DNA of 64,000 nt from Eledone cirrhosa (Eukaryota). The DNA is taken from positions 93,372,001 through 93,436,000 of the forward strand of contig OZ024740.1 in NCBI GenBank assembly GCA_964016885.1, given 5' to 3'. Shown in pieces: positions 62,050 through 64,000 of this stretch. The translations under genes were made by a program, and so were the position numbers. The notes beneath the pieces are model-generated. The model had not been told where the DNA came from, ran no database searches, and saw nothing but the letters and a program-made list of their open reading frames with translations. Numbering within the stretch: the stretch's first letter is position 1; every line of letters begins with the position of its first letter.

Positions 62050-63729
62050 ATGATATTGCAGAGATATTGCTGTTAAGGTTGCTTCTTATGAATACGATTT
62101 GTTTCAATTAGAAATATTTATCACAATAATATTGCAATTTTTGATATTTTAAACAGAATCAGACTTTTATAATGATATTAGATTACAACGTCATGTAGAA
62201 GCATTGTGGGAGGAATTTAATAATCGCTCTGGTGAGTGTAATGCATTAAGTGGTTACAAACTCTACTCTGAGTAGACCGAATCACCTTCCGCCTGCAACA
62301 GTGAACATGCCTGTCATTTAGGCGAGGAATTACCATCCCTCTTTATGAATAGGATATCCATGGCCCTCCGTTATTTGCTTAAGTTCGAATTTACACTGTC
62401 GATTCTGTCGGGTACTCTCACAATTTGTGCGTGCATCCAAAATAGGGATCAAAATCCAACGCATATATCAGGGAGATAGTCCCAGGAAAAGCAGGCCGGT
62501 AATTCAGCTTCCCTCTTCACATAAACTGCAGCTAGTATAAGGGCAGAAACACCGTCCTCAAGTCGGAAGAATCCATATTCCCTTATAATTCCAGGCCTTT
62601 CTGAGAGAGCAATACTTCACTATTCGAAGCGAGATAAATGAAAGAAACATAAAAAGGGGCAAATTCAAGTGCTTCCTAGAAAACATGAACACATTAAACA
62701 TTACTTTATCTACGCGCATTTCCTTTAGGTATTTGTGTGGTGTCCCTTTTATAACATCAACACAAAGCCACTTGCTTTCTTAAAAACGTACGTTATGTAT
62801 GGGCATTCACAGAGGATGAAAGAAAATAATAAAAAAATAAATGACTTAACTACACAGACAAATGGGAATATATATTAATAAGTGAAAGCCTGTGTTAGTC
62901 TGTTCTGGAAATGCCATAGTCATTCTGAAGCATATTTGAACATGGATATTACCCGAAAATACACTCAGCTATATAGGAAATAATCCAGAAAGCTTGCCTC
63001 GCGTCCAGATGCATTCTGTTTTACGATTCGCTCAGGTTATTTATGAATTTAGTTACGGCATAACGAAGTTGGCGAAGGAACTTGCAAAATAACACATAGT
63101 TCTAACTAAGCAGCTAAAACGTCGATTCAGAAAAAAATGTATTTGTGGAATTTCGTTTAAGTGTGAACAATTTCTAATATAGAAACTCCCGAAATAACTG
63201 TCAACAATAACATTACATACATTGAAAATCAAAATATAATATTTGTCCTCGGCCTGAGGAAATTCAAATAACACGTTAGGTATCTTGTTAATATATGTCT
63301 CTCACTCTCCCTTCCCCATTCTCTCACTCTCCCTTCCCCATTCTCTCACTCTCCCTTCCCCATTCTCTCTCTCTCTCTCTCACTCTCTCTCTATCTCTCT
63401 ATCTCTCTCTCTCTCTTTATATATATATATATACCGTGTAGGTTTCATCGCATTACCACTCTAAGGAATAGATCGATACTGGAGTCGGGCCCATAAATTC
63501 TGTGGCTCAACTTGAGCCAAACCTCTGCAAAACGCGCGTAACTGGTCGATAGGCAATAAATAGTTTTCATATGTAAACGAAATGTCCTCGTTTTTTCTGT
63601 TATGTATATATATATGTATATAACATAAATATATATATTAAAATAGCAGATTAAAGTTAAAGCAAATAACCGTTGCTTTCACCATTAATGGGATATTCTG
63701 AAACTCTTTTCACATTTATTATTATTATT

Positions 63730-63931
63730 GGCGGATTGGCAGTATTGGCAGGGGTTCAGACGCCATGCTTTGCAACATAGAGTTTCGGCCCTTTACGATA
63801 TGAGTTCAAATCCCACCAAGGTTAACTTTGCCTTTCATCCTTACGGGGTCAATAAAATAAAGTACCAGTATTACACTGGGATAATTGCTGGTTTTGTGCC
63901 AAAAGTGGAAACAATTATTATTATTATTATT
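63730..63931 (+). mobile_element. tRNA-derived octopod-type SINE with (ATT)n flanks
   Basis: Full family consensus. Confidence 0.9.
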
Positions 63932-64000
63932 GTGTCTGAACGGACGTCTTTTTGCTCGCTCCCGTAAGTTTATAATTTACCTGTCAAAACTTATTTATTG

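Noticed and set aside
62200-62660. GC-richer segment, possibly an old LINE RT fragment
   Set aside because: No motif could be identified with confidence.

Overview
AT-rich, microsatellite-dense eukaryotic intergenic or intronic DNA. The dominant tRNA-derived SINE resembles octopod (cephalopod) SINEs, which is an inference. No intact protein-coding gene is supported, and most ORF-track entries are (TA)n/(CA)n translation artefacts. Recognisable content: two decayed Penelope-like retroelements (PLEs; RT plus C-terminal GIY-YIG, Naiad-like), R4/Dong-, RTE- and CRE-like LINE fragments, about 10 SINE copies, non-autonomous Helitrons and a ~3.9 kb near-tandem duplication. Main finding: at least seven distinct families of type I hammerhead ribozyme (HHR) motifs can be folded by eye. 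They sit in the PLE pseudo-LTRs and in non-coding 430-, 525- and 594-bp tandem units that resemble retrozymes or non-autonomous PLEs. Almost all are inserted into (TA)n tracts, and most have the same divergent fold-back architecture. Several have non-canonical cores (a compensatory U3-A8 pair; CAGAAGA; U-U at the base of helix II), and one family carries a conserved octamer motif reminiscent of newt satellite 2. All structures were folded by eye; catalytic activity is untested.
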